Source of the DNA: Gekko japonicus
Lineage: Eukaryota
Assembly (NCBI RefSeq): GCF_001447785.1
Contig: NW_015173272.1
Coordinates: 1-64,000, forward strand
Length of the DNA: 64,000 bases
Direction: 5' to 3'
Translations under genes and position numbers: made by a program
Notes under the pieces: generated by a model
The model's input: the letters and a program-made list of their open reading frames with translations, nothing else
The model's database searches: none
Told to the model about the DNA's origin: nothing
In this document: in pieces, positions 33,799 to 45,889 of the stretch
Numbering within the stretch: the stretch's first letter is position 1
Layout of the letters: every line of letters begins with the position of its first letter

Positions 33799-36700
33799 GT
33801 AGTATCTAAACTCAGATGTAAAGCTCTTTAATCTCATTTCTTGACAATCACCATAAATGATTAAGCAGTTTAATTTTGGAGGGGATTTTTTTTTTTTAAG
33901 TGACAGCAAGCTTTGTTATTACCTGATTTCCTTCTCACCCTTTGTGGGGCAATTCCTTCTTTAGAATTACTCAATACTTTTGTCTCTCCTTCTGGGCTAT
34001 AATGGAATCCTGGGTGATCTATAAGGAAATGGGAGAAACAGTAGTAAATAGTAATAATTAGTTATTAATGGATACATCAGGTAGACGACTTTGTTAAGAA
34101 ATTCTCCCTACTGTAAAAACAATGTAAATGCTTTAGATTGTTTTTGAAAACTGCCCTAAATTGCATTCTCTTGTTGTTTGTAGATTGCCTTTGTGGGGGG
34201 GGAAATGCCAAACTTTATTTTACAATGAAGTCTTATCCTCAAGTTACACTGGCTGGATTGCTACTATCAAAATTAAATGTTTTTAAAGCATATGTTTTCT
34301 AACTGAAGTTCCACCTTGGCATTGGTTGGGTAAGCTCATCATTCGTATTCAGTACAACAGGATGCTATAATTGCACAGCACAGCATGTCTGTGGTGTTGC
34401 AGCCAAACAGCAGTGGCAGTACAACTTTTAAAGAGGGACAAAACAAAAAATGAGAGGAGGGAACCTCAGGAAAGTCTGAAGAAGTGAAGAAAGGCAGCCA
34501 AAATACTGAGCCGAGTTCTAATCCAGCCCTAGTAATAACAACTTGTTTTACAGGTTCATATACTGCAATGACCATTAGGCCTAGGACAGCATTGGTAATA
34601 AAACACCATTCACACACTTAAACACCCTTTTCTGTATTGTCAAAAAACCATTCTAGATAAGTAGAGTCCTGCTGGCTCAGACCAGGGGGCCATCTAGTCC
34701 AGCATGGAACTTTTTTATACGATTGTGCACAAACATGTCTACGAAATGGGAGTATAGTTTCCCTTCTTGAGATGTAAAATTTCAGATTTGGAAACTGGGG
34801 GACAAAAACCCTTTTATTTGAATTAATTCCTATGTGTATTATCATCATACACCTGGTAGCTTATTAATTGTGGACAAAATTAATCCCTTTTAACAGTATA
34901 CATAGAAATTATCATTACTGAAGGTTGTAGATTATTTTACATTGAAATGTTCATGTTATAGACTTGGAATGAGTAAAACCTTGTCTAAAAATATTTCATT
35001 CATTCCAAAAGAGAAAATATTTCATAGGAGTTTTATCAGTACTCCCAGTTTCCCCTGCTGAAATTGAAAAAAAAAGTTCTCAGAAGAAAACTGAACTGAA
35101 GAAACACTAAAAGGGAGCTGCAGCAAATCCCTGTCCATGAAGTACTTGTATAATATACATCTGCAAACACTTTTGGCATTTGACAAGTCATCTTCACTCT
35201 ATGTGTATGCACTACAATAAGCAGCAACAACATAAGCAGGCTTCAGAAAGACAGGGCCGAACTAGATGAGACGTACTTTTTACCTCTGTAATTCTTACAA
35301 CAGCCCAGTAAGGTAGGCCTGTGTTATCGTACACACACACTGCAGGTGGGGACTGAGGTTAAATGACAGTGGCTTGTCCAAGGCCATCAACTGAAGCCCA
35401 CCAGGCTTCAGTGACAACACATCATAACTGCATCAATATCACGTAACAGGAGGAAAACTTGGTGATAGCTAATATCTGTGTTCCCTGTTTGTTACTACAT
35501 ATTTCCCCTTCACACTGTTTCTTCCTCCCTCACAGCTTCTTACTTAACTGTTGAAAGAAACACACTTACAGGTAGCATCCATCTCGAGAATTGCTTGCTT
35601 GGCCTATAAAACAAAAATTGTGCATTAACTGTGACGTTTCTATGAAAACTGCATACACCATCTCTATTAATATCTGATTTGGGGTAGGATCACATGTTAC
35701 TATTACATTTAGAGCCATCTCACCTGTACCATAAGATGAATTAATTTTTTTTAACAGAATTACAATGGAGGATGCAAACATTTGTGGATACTGCACCACT
35801 GAAATCATTCACCCCCTAGATTTTCTTGTTAACACTTGGGAAAGATTGGGTATGCCTCCATTAACCTATTTGACTTAAAACATGAGCCAATTTGCCCTAT
35901 TACTTCATAGCACCATCTCTCAACTTTCCCAACCCCACACTGCTATTATGCCAAAAAAAAATCCATTAATCCTATATCCAATTCCCAGGGAACAACTTGT
36001 GCGCACCCCTCAATTTCAGCTGACTCTAATTAGAAACTTCAAGTTCTCCCTCTCACATTAAAATTTCCTCTTCAACCACAAATTGAAAAATGACACTAAT
36101 TCTTAATAATGTTATAGAGATAATGAAAACTAAAGAAGAAAAAAGTGATCAGAGCAGCTATCACTGCTCTGCCCAGATGTTGCAAGGAAAATGAAAAATA
36201 GTGCTATTTCTTAATGACATTATAGTGCTTATTAAGTTTTTGCAGGAAGAAAGGAAGGAAGAAAGCTGTTGCTGCACTGCTTGAAGGCTGNNNNNNNNNN
36301 NNNNNNNNNNNNNNNNNNNNNNNNNNNNNNNNNNNNNNNNNNNNNNNNNNNNNNNNNNNNNNNNNNNNNNNNNNNNNNNNNNNNNNNNNNNNNNNNNNNN
36401 NNNNNNNNNNNNNNNNNNNNNNNNNNNNNNNNNNNNNNNNNNNNNNNNNNNNNNNNNNNNNNNNNNNNNNNNNNNNNNNNNNNNNNNNNNNNNNNNNNNN
36501 NNNNNNNNNNNNNNNNNNNNNNNNNNNNNNNNNNNNNNNNNNNNNNNNNNNNNNNNNNNNNNNNNNNNNNNNNNNNNNNNNNNNNNNNNNNNNNNNNNNN
36601 NNNNNNNNNNNNNNNNNNNNNNNNNNNNNNNNNNNNNNNNNNNNNNNNNNNNNNNNNNNAGACCTTTCACATCTCCTTTGCCTAACTTACCTCTGAGGAC

Positions 36701-36940
36701 TGTTTTGGAGAAGGACACTATACACTGCCCTGAGCTCCTTGACAAAAGTATGGGATAAAGGTGTAATATGTACCTGAAGAGGCCCTCGCCTTATTTTTCA
36801 GCATAACTGTAAATTGTACAAGGTATTTTAAAGAAAGAACTAGCATTATCTTTGTAATGTGTGTTCTGTTGTTATGTTCAGTGGGATATTTTTCACATAT
36901 GTTATTTCCTTCTTTCTGTAGGTGTTCTGGATTGTCAGTC

Positions 36941-37861
36941 ATGGTAGGAAACCAAACTGATGAATGCTTCTTTTGGCTCCTTGGCCTTTCCAATGATCTT
37001 CAGATCCAGATTCTCCTCTTTGTCCTATTCTTGTTAATTTATCTGTTAACTGTAGTGGCAAATGCTATGATCATGCTGGCTGTAAAATCAAACCCTAATC
37101 TCCAGAACCCCATGTACGTCTTCTTGAGTCATCTCTCTTTCCTTGATGTCTGTTACTCATCGGTCACAGTCCCAAAGATGCTGGAGACCACCATTGCCAA
37201 AGAGAAGACTATATCTGTCAGGGGATGCTTTGCTCAGGCATTCTTTATTTTGTTTTCAGTCACTACAGAGGGTTTCATTCTCTCATCAATGGCTTATGAC
37301 AGGTACTGTGCCATATGCAAACCACTGCATTACATGAACATCATGAATATAGCATTCAGCTGTAAGCTAGTGGTTACTTCATGGACAATTGGATTCTTGA
37401 ATGCACTTGCAAACACCTTGCCACTTTTACGGTTAGAATTCTGTCGGTCAAATATCATAAAACACTTCATCTGTGAGCTCCCTTCCATCCTTCCTTTGTC
37501 CTGTTCTGACACATTCATGAACAAAATGTTGTTCTTCATGGCTGGAGGCACAGTTGGTGTAGTCACCGTTTCCCTCATTGTGGTCTCCTACATTCATATC
37601 ATTTCTACCATCCTGAGAATCAGCTCCACAGAGGGGAGGCAGAAAGCTTTCTCTACCTGCAGCTCCCACCTCAGTGTAGTGATTCTTTTCTATGGGACAG
37701 GTTACTTCCGCTATCTTAGACCAAGCTCAGCATCATCTGTGGTTTGGGATGAAATACTTTCCATACAATACAGCATCCTCACACCATTACTAAACCCCAT
37801 CATCTACAGCTTACCAAACAAGGAGATGAAGGCATCATTTAAGAAGATGTTAAAATGGTGA
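36941..37861 (+). CDS. Olfactory receptor, intact (paralogue C)
   Basis: ATG at 36941 aligns with the starts of A and B. The upstream extension in the ORF track is intron sequence (acceptor AG at 36920-36921). All OR motifs are present. Confidence 0.97.
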   Translation: MVGNQTDECFFWLLGLSNDLQIQILLFVLFLLIYLLTVVANAMIMLAVKSNPNLQNPMYVFLSHLSFLDVCYSSVTVPKMLETTIAKEKTISVRGCFAQAFFILFSVTTEGFILSSMAYDRYCAICKPLHYMNIMNIAFSCKLVVTSWTIGFLNALANTLPLLRLEFCRSNIIKHFICELPSILPLSCSDTFMNKMLFFMAGGTVGVVTVSLIVVSYIHIISTILRISSTEGRQKAFSTCSSHLSVVILFYGTGYFRYLRPSSASSVVWDEILSIQYSILTPLLNPIIYSLPNKEMKASFKKMLKW

Positions 37862-39679
37862 GAGTCTGGGATCTTTTCGAAAATAAGGATCTGTCCAACT
37901 CTTCACCGACATGTTTTCTTGATTATGAATAACCTAATCTTGTTTCTAAGGTAGAACTAATATATTGGGAAATATCTATTGTTCCTCCTTCCCCGTTTTT
38001 GAACATTGTACCAGCCACATCACATGAGAGCCAGCATGATATAATGGTTAAAAGAGTCTGAGTAGGAGTTGAAAGTCCCAGCTTCGAATCCCAAGTCTGC
38101 CTGTTATACTATCAAAAATATCTTAATGAAAAATTATACAGAATACGGTAAGTGAAACGTCTTACTGACCTAATCTTAGCCATTCATGTTGGTTGGAAAG
38201 ACATTTTATTTCTTCATTACAATTTTCATTAAGAACATTTCAATAGTACAACCCAAATATATGTACATATACTAATATACCATTATGCATTGTGGGATTA
38301 GATAAATGTGATTAATAGCTGATATTTTTATATATGAGCATGAAAATCATGGAACAAAATCAATGATCTTTCTAATGTCTCCATTTGACTATGAGGAATA
38401 AAATGCACTTGTGAGTATTTATTAACATCATCATCATCAACTTCCCAGCACATTTTAAAGGTATTATTGCATTTTCTAGGTGTTTTAATTAAAATATTCA
38501 TTTTTTGCCCTCATTTTTCAGCAATCATTTCACACATGGTCTGGCTAATTATATCAACCCTTGTTCTTGGTATGTATTTGTGAGCACTGAAGAAGTCTCA
38601 TAGGGCTGATTTGTGTTTGGTCTTGTTTACTGTGCCTTTGTTTGTGAACTCTCCTCTTGGAGGTACTCACTGAGTCTGATTTACTCTTCATTTTGTATAA
38701 CATCAGTTTTGAGATACTAATTTGTTTTATATACTGGCCTGATACCTGTGCTTCACTCTGGTATTTAGGTTCCGTAAATCCAGTTGTAATACCGATGATG
38801 TGAATTTTGAAATGTAACATTTGTTGTAGGAATTCTAATGGAGAAGACTGTAGCGTAAAAAATGAAGTGAGACATATGTACTCCCCCCCTCTACTGACTC
38901 CCCACCTGAACCACGACAACTACATATTCAAAACACCATCTGCTCAATCAGATATTAAGGAAGTTCATATGAACCAATTTTCTAGAACCTACTTTGTGAG
39001 AAGTTAAGTAACCTAATAAAGGAAACCACTTTTCTACAAATTTGGGGTATTTTTCCATAGTAGGTGGGAGTGTGGCTAGACCCATTGGTGAGGTCGGGCC
39101 AGCAGCATAGCTAAGTTGATCCTGCTGGGGTGGTGGCCATGATGGATTAAAGTACCCTGGCCCTGTTCCTACACCTGACGGACACTCATCTGTATGGTGT
39201 TGGGGGGGATGGTGTTTAAAGGCATTGGGGAGACTGGGCCAGCAGGAGGGCTAAGGCAATCTTGCTGAACAAACCTCCCTGATGGCTGTAAGCATCCCAC
39301 CTCCTGTCTTACACCTGACAGGCAGCCACCTGTCCAGTGTAGGAGGGGGAGAGGAGGAGTATTAGAAGCCACTGTGGAGGCTGGGCCAGCAGGATGGCTT
39401 TAAGCACCCGGCACCCACTGCTGCACCCTGCACCCACTGGTGTAGGAGGTGGAGGGGAGTGTGTTGGAAGCTATCTAGGAGGCTAGACCAGCAACATTGC
39501 TGCACCGCACAGGTGGTTTTTGGCCATTCTTGATTTCCTTAACTGTCATTAGCTCTCTGCAGTCTCCTGTAACAGTTTTTTTTAACCTCAGAACACTAAG
39601 CTCTGCAGCTGACCAATCAGAGCGTGGGGGGGGGGTACAAGGAGGCAGCAGCCTGGCAGTCACACAGGAAGCAATGGGT

Positions 39680-40905
39680 GGGAGTGCATTTTACCCCTTT
39701 TGACCCCCTTAGGGGTTGAATTTCTAAAAATCCCTTTGTAAGGATCTACGGAAGGCCTTTCATTGCAAAATGTTGGTTCAGGCCTGAGGATAAAAACACA
39801 GGCCGCCAAACCTTACAAAAAGCCTTTTCTTGCTAAGACTTGCTGACTCATGCTGACTTGCTGACAGGAAAATCAACGTGTCTGTTAAAGCTTAGTTAAG
39901 TAAATAATGGCTGAACTTGATATATACAACATTAGCCATAAAAGGTAATGGGGAAGACGATTGCTGCAGAGAGGAACTTGTATGAGACAAATACTATAAT
40001 TATTTCTCTTTCTTTCCTTTTCATTTAGATTCCATATGCATGTATAACAGTTTATACACAATCATAATCTATGCACATCTTAAACATTAAACATATATAG
40101 TTAACCACAGAAACAGAGCTTATGGGGATTTTAACTATGCTACGGAAAGCATGAAGCTTTCCAGACATGGGCAGATAGTAGTAACATATATAGACCCAAA
40201 TTAGGAAGTGTGACACAAGGACATCTTACTGTGGGTCAAAGTGACCCAGTAGAGGGAGGGGGGGATTTCCAGAAATGGAAATCCCCGGGAAGATGCAATA
40301 AAACAGACAGTTTTAACTATTGAGAAAAGCAACTTGAAAGGTCAAAGCTTCTGACTGGTTAACTGAGAAATAGGAGAGGCAAGGAAAAATATCATAAAAG
40401 GAGAGACCTGGGCATCATTAGCGTTGGGTCAAAGGAAATAGGAGATTGCTCCTGTCTTCTTGCTCCGATCTTTTGTCTCCATTAGGAACCCAGAAGGGCC
40501 ATCATCTTTGTTCATCACAAGTGCTCAAGAGGGGTGAGATGTTGTGAGATAACTATGCTTAATGAACATTTGGCCAAAACTGTAACAAGTAACTAGAGAA
40601 CTGCACAAATGTAACCTCTTTGCAAAACTGCTATTTGAAGCCATGCTTAAATAAATTCATAAATTTACAGATGGGTCTGAGTCTTCCTCTTGCTGATGGC
40701 AAGTCCATTTATAATTACTGAGCATAAACACAAAGATCCCGCTCGCAAGCCAAGTAGCACAAGCTGACAGGAAAACAGCTAACACCTTCTTAGTGAGCTT
40801 CTACATCATGGTAGGAGTGCTGTCACCGAATTTCATGTTTCTAGGTCCAGGGGTTTGGCCTGGGCATGATTTTATGGTGAGGGGCCTTTCTTTTATAAAT
40901 ATAGA
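39680..40905 (-). mobile_element. Lep1-like non-autonomous Helitron 5' portion, interrupted by a solo LTR
   Basis: With the LTR removed it reads ACCCCCTTAGGGGTTGAATTTCTAAAAATCCCTTCTTAGTG...AATTTCATG...CTTTTATAAATATAGAT. On - it starts A|TCTATATTTATAAAAG, a Helitron 5' TC end. The 3' end is not fixed and may extend to ~39076. Confidence 0.6.
39737..40784 (+). mobile_element. Solo LTR
   Basis: TG...CA ends, 4-bp TSD CCTT, TATA-like CATAAAAG at ~40394 and AATAAA at ~40650. Confidence 0.85.
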
Positions 40906-40929
40906 TGGGAGCTGCCTTGATGGCAGTGG

Positions 40930-42240
40930 GAGAGACCCAATCAGGCCCCACATAGATCTGGTTGGAGCTGCATTGACATTAGCAAGACCGGGGCTTTTCT
41001 GGCTATACATTCACTTTATGGAGTTGTCCCGGTGGCAGCAAGATTAAGCCTGCCTGGCCAAGTTATACAGTGGATCAGCAGGTAGCAATCCAAAGTTTTC
41101 AAGAGTTATATTGAATAATGCAGGATGATTCATGTTTCTTGCAGGTGCAAGCATATCACACAGCCCAGTCAGGGTCTTAACCCTGGGCCACTCCACAGTC
41201 ATTAGTGCAAAGAAAAGAGGCCAAGGTCAACATTGATGGGACTCAGCTGTGTCTGCCTCTTCTTGCAAGCTTACAGTAGTATGGGAAGGGAGGGATGAGG
41301 TGGTACTGGCTTCTGACCTACCGCCATCAGGTCTTGAGAGAGGGCAGGGATCCGATGTCCTTGTGTGGCAAGGAATGATTTGGTGCAAACCAAAGGTTTT
41401 ACACTGCTGATAAGAGCTCTCCAGGATTAAAAGGAGATTAGGGAATATTGCCCAGGAGTGCTGAGGGGGCTAAATGGAATTCCTCCAACGGTGAATCTAG
41501 AAGGGTGCTGTTGAGTCCCCCCCCCATTAAAAAGGACAGTCTCCAAGCCAACATGACTATTAGATGTGCAGTTCTGGAGATGGGGGCACTTTCATCTCCC
41601 ATCCTCCCATCCACCATCCGCTGCACTTTTATAAGAACTATAGGGCCCATCCTTCCATGGAAGGATGATATTTAACTGGCTGATCTTCATCAAGGCCTGC
41701 GTGATGTTATAGTTGGCAGTTTGGGCAAGGTGTGTTAAGCTAGGCTAACCCCCCTTGTGTGGAAGGAATAGGACAGGCTGGTAAAAATAATTTTCGTTAA
41801 CTACTAAGTACCCTGAGACATCTGCATTGGGGTGTGTGTCCAGAACAGGCCATCACATGCCTTGCAACTGGGTGCACTGGAAGGAATATCCTTGAAGATT
41901 AGTGGTATTTTCATAACCTATGGTCACCAACCCCTAGGTGGAACCTGGAGATCTCTTGGTATTACAACTGTTCTCCAGATGACAGAGATCTATTCCCCTG
42001 GAGAAAATGGCTGCTTTGGAGGCTGGATTCTACAGCATTATACACTGGTGTCCCTCCTCTCCCCAAACCCCACCCTCCCCATGCTCCACCCCCCAAATCT
42101 CCAGATATTTCCCAACCCAGAACTTGCAACCCTATTGTAACATGGTAGGAGCCTTCCAGTTCCTCATGAGAGAAAGATAAAGCTGGCTGTGCATGTGGTG
42201 GTAAGCAAGACTGGAAGAAGTTACAGCCAATTTTGGATGC
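40930..42240 (+). mobile_element. Decayed Ngaro-like 3' remnant, paralogous to 11340-12700
   Basis: Colinear alignment over ~1.3 kb. Confidence 0.7.
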
Positions 42241-42571
42241 CTAGTGGAGTCTATCTTCAAAATCAACAGTTTATTAGAGGAACCGGTGATGTAGAACATG
42301 TATTTAGTTAATTTAAATACTTATTTAAATAAATGAAACTAGTAGAACCCACATTCTGCTGTCTCATATCATCATTTGGGGGAGTGTCAGGGCAAATGAA
42401 ATACGCATCCTTCAAGGAGACTGCTTCATGGGGATTGAAGGGCAAAAACGGAAGCACAAAACTGAACTGTTCCCTGAGAATTCTAGTTAGACTGTTATCT
42501 GGGTAGTTTTTGGATCATACAAATAGAGAGAAAAAGGGAAACATAGACTATTGGACTCCCTCTGTATCTTT

Positions 42572-42805
42572 TAGCCAGCATGGTGTAGTGGTTAGGTGTG
42601 GTGGATTCTAACCTGGAGATCTGGGTTTGATTTCCCACTCCTCCATATGCAGAAGCTGGGTGACCTTGGGCCAGTTACAGTTCTCTCAGATCTCCCTCAG
42701 CCCCACCTAGCTCACAAGGTGGCTGTTATGAGGAGAGGAAGGAAATGTAATTGTAAGCTGCTTTGAGACTTCTTAGGGTAAAGATAAGCGGGGTATAAAA
42801 ACCAA
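42572..42805 (+). mobile_element. Squam3-like tRNA SINE
   Basis: Head AGCCAGCATGGTGTAGTGGTTAG...GGTTTGATTTCCC; body similar to the 5931 copy. Confidence 0.8.
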
Positions 42806-43185
42806 CCATTCTCCATCTGGCTGCATCTATATGAATATATTATGTCTAGTGAATCCCAAAGCAGGGGAGCAGAGGTTCTTAGCCAGTTTCCTAACTAAAG
42901 TGATGGGTTTAAACTAATTCCCCAGTATCGGTTCCAAACGAGCACAAGATGGGATGGATGCAAAATAGCTGGTGGGCTTGTCAAGCATCCTCTGTAGTGA
43001 ATTCAGTATTTTTTTTTAATATGGGATAGATAATCTTATATAGTAATACACATTTTGATGGTAATAAACATCTCATATGAAAAACAATGGCCACAAAATT
43101 TTATTTGGCTGATACGACCTGGATATTAAAACATGTATTTGTCTACATAATGGCAATGCATTGATCAATTTGCTTAACAAGAGTC

Positions 43186-44136
43186 TTACATGACATGAGA
43201 AAGCAATGGTTTGTAGCCCATTAATTGTTTTATAGCTTCCTTCATATCCTTGGTTTTCAGGCTGTAGATGATGGGGTTCAACAAGGGGGTGCAGATGCTA
43301 TACTGAATGGAAAGGATCTCTTCCAGAACTATTGAAGAGATCAAGTCAGGCATCGTATACCTAAGCCAGCTAGAGCTATAGAACAAAACCAGAACAGTGA
43401 TGTGGGGAGTGCATGTAGAGAAGGTTCTTCTTTTAGCTTCTGCTGAATGCATTTTACAGACTGTAGAAAAAATGTGGAGATAGGACACTGAAATAAGAAG
43501 AAATGAAGAAATCCCAACTGCATTAGCAGTAATAGAAAGTATGATCCTATTGATATAAATGTCTGTGCAGGATAAAGCCAGTAAAGATGGTTGTTCACAG
43601 CTGAAGTGCCTGATAATATTTTGACCACAGAACATTAATTTCAACAAAGGTAAAGTATTTATCAAACCTTGTATGAAACCAATGGTCCAAGCACCTCCTA
43701 TCAGCAATCTACAAAGCACCCTGTTCATGATTTGTACATAATGTAAGGGCTTGCATATAGCAGCACATCGATCTAAAGCCATAACTGCAAGAATATAAAG
43801 TTCAGTGCATCCTGTCATAATGATGAAGAAGATCTGGGCAATGCAGCCATTGTATGAGATTGTGTGGCTTGAAAAGAAATTTACTAGCAACTTAGGCACC
43901 GTAGCTGATGAAAAGCAGAGGTCAATAAAAGACAGGTGACCGATGAAAAAGTACATGGGGCTCTGGAGGTTATCGTTCTTCCTTATTACTGCTATAATCA
44001 CCAGATTTCCCAGCAGAGTTATTGTATATATAAACAAAAACATCAGGAAGATGAAAATTTGGACTAGCAGATTGTCTGAAAATCCCAAGAGGACAAAATA
44101 AGTCACTGCAGTCTGGTTTTCCATTTCTTTTTCCAT
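43186..44136 (-). CDS. Olfactory receptor, intact ORF with divergent motifs
   Basis: Starts MEKEMENQT (ATG at 44136 or 44124); motifs LQSPMYFF, MALDRCAAIC, TFSTCTPH and PLLNPIIYSLK; acceptor TTTTGCAG ends at 44161 on -. Confidence 0.95.
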   Translation of the reverse strand: MEKEMENQTAVTYFVLLGFSDNLLVQIFIFLMFLFIYTITLLGNLVIIAVIRKNDNLQSPMYFFIGHLSFIDLCFSSATVPKLLVNFFSSHTISYNGCIAQIFFIIMTGCTELYILAVMALDRCAAICKPLHYVQIMNRVLCRLLIGGAWTIGFIQGLINTLPLLKLMFCGQNIIRHFSCEQPSLLALSCTDIYINRIILSITANAVGISSFLLISVSYLHIFSTVCKMHSAEAKRRTFSTCTPHITVLVLFYSSSWLRYTMPDLISSIVLEEILSIQYSICTPLLNPIIYSLKTKDMKEAIKQLMGYKPLLSHVM

Positions 44137-44464
44137 TTTTTGTTCAGCAAACAATGTAAGCTGCAAAAATCAGACAGACAAAAATAATTAGGTATGGTGA
44201 GTTAGATGTGGTCTGTGGTGCAACAACATGTCATCAGGTTCCACCATATTTGGCAGCCCGTGACAGGTCCTAGCTACGGGTGAGCATCCAGATATATTGC
44301 AACAAAAAAACCCAACACCATTATTCCCTATTTTTGGGGATCCCAATACCAGCATGGTATTTGGATTTAGGTTTTATTTGGGAATCTCATATTACTCATC
44401 TGTATTATAGCCTATGGGGAACATATCTGGGGGTGTGGGGGCTGTTTTCATTAAGCTAGAGGCA

Positions 44465-45060
44465 ACAAATTGGGACCCTTATCCAAAATCTGGAAGCTGC
44501 AGCTAGTGCAAAATGCAGCAACTAGGCTGTCAATGGGCCACTCTATACGAGAGCACATCCGTCCTGTGCTGAAGGCTTTGCACTGGCTGCCAATAGCTTA
44601 CTGGATCCGTTTCAATCAGACACAGAATCTTCTGACTCTCCCTGGCCCAAGGGATGGCAAATTGGTCATTACTAGAACTGGGGCCTTTTCAGTTGTGCCT
44701 CCACACTGGTGGAACGAGCTCCCAGATAACATCAGAGCCCTGCGGGACCTTTTACAGTTCCGCAGGGCCTGTAAAACAGAACTCTTCTATCAGGCCTTCG
44801 ATTAGGAGTCGCCACTGACAAAAAAAGTCATGGGAACATATTACGGCCGTATGAAACATCGGCGAACACTGCCTGCCACTTATACTGAATGCCACCATCA
44901 TTTGTAAAGTGATACTTTTACAATGTCATGTAGGTTATCTATTTGTATTTTATTGTATTTATTGCTTTTATTGTTTTATTGTATTTAATGCTTGTTTGCC
45001 ACCTTGAGTCAGTTTGCTGTCAAGGCGGGATACAAATCAAAATAATAAATAAATAAATAT
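44465..45060 (+). mobile_element. L2-clade LINE 3' fragment
   Basis: LQLVQNAATRL...LHWLPI...WNELP...KTELFYQAF; (TAAA)n tail. Confidence 0.85.
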
Positions 45061-45889
45061 AAAAACAAACAAACAAACAAACAAACACACACATCATGTT
45101 CAACCGGAGAATTTTATTATTTTCAGGGAAAAAGAAAAAAACTGCAAAAAACAGAAAACAACAACTACAATAACAACAAACAATGTCAAACCCAACATAA
45201 ACTACAGTAGTGAAGTTCATACTTAGTTTCAACTTTACAATTAGAGTATAGTTGAATCTTAACATATTTTACACACCTGTGCTAGGTTTACCATCAAAAA
45301 CGTTTATATTCAAATCATTGTCAGGATTTCCATGCATTTCATTCAGTCCATCTGTAAAATCTCACGCAAGAAAATTGCTCCATAGCTGTTGATGCCTGCC
45401 CACAGATGAATCCCCAAGTTTTAACAAGATTGGGTCAAGGGGTCAAATCCCCCCCCCATTCCAGGGAACAAGCAAAGAGGCATGTTTGAAGCAACCACTT
45501 TACAATGGCTGCCATGCCAAGAACCAACAACAAATCCAACAGAACCAGTGTAGAACCCAGGAATTCCACCACAACCATAAGAAAATGTGGCAACCCCACA
45601 GAACTAAGGTCAAACCATAGAAGCCCCAGAAGAACAAATTCAAGCCGGGGAATACCAATTGTAATCCTTAGAAGGCCAGCAAAACCCAGGGTCAATGTGG
45701 CAGTGTAAGCCCAAAAGAAACAATTTCAAATCAGAGCGTCCCAGCAGAGAGAGAGATATATATATTTGCAGAACCAATGTCAAGCCACAGAAGCCCAGCA
45801 GAACAATCTTATCCAAAGGGGGCCAGTTTTGCAAGTCCAGCAATAGCAGTATCAACCCAGAGAAGCCCAGCAGAACAAATGTAGGCAAG

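Noticed and set aside
36857-36940. N-terminal extension of OR C
   Set aside because: It crosses the polypyrimidine tract and acceptor, so it is intronic, and it is not conserved in A or B.
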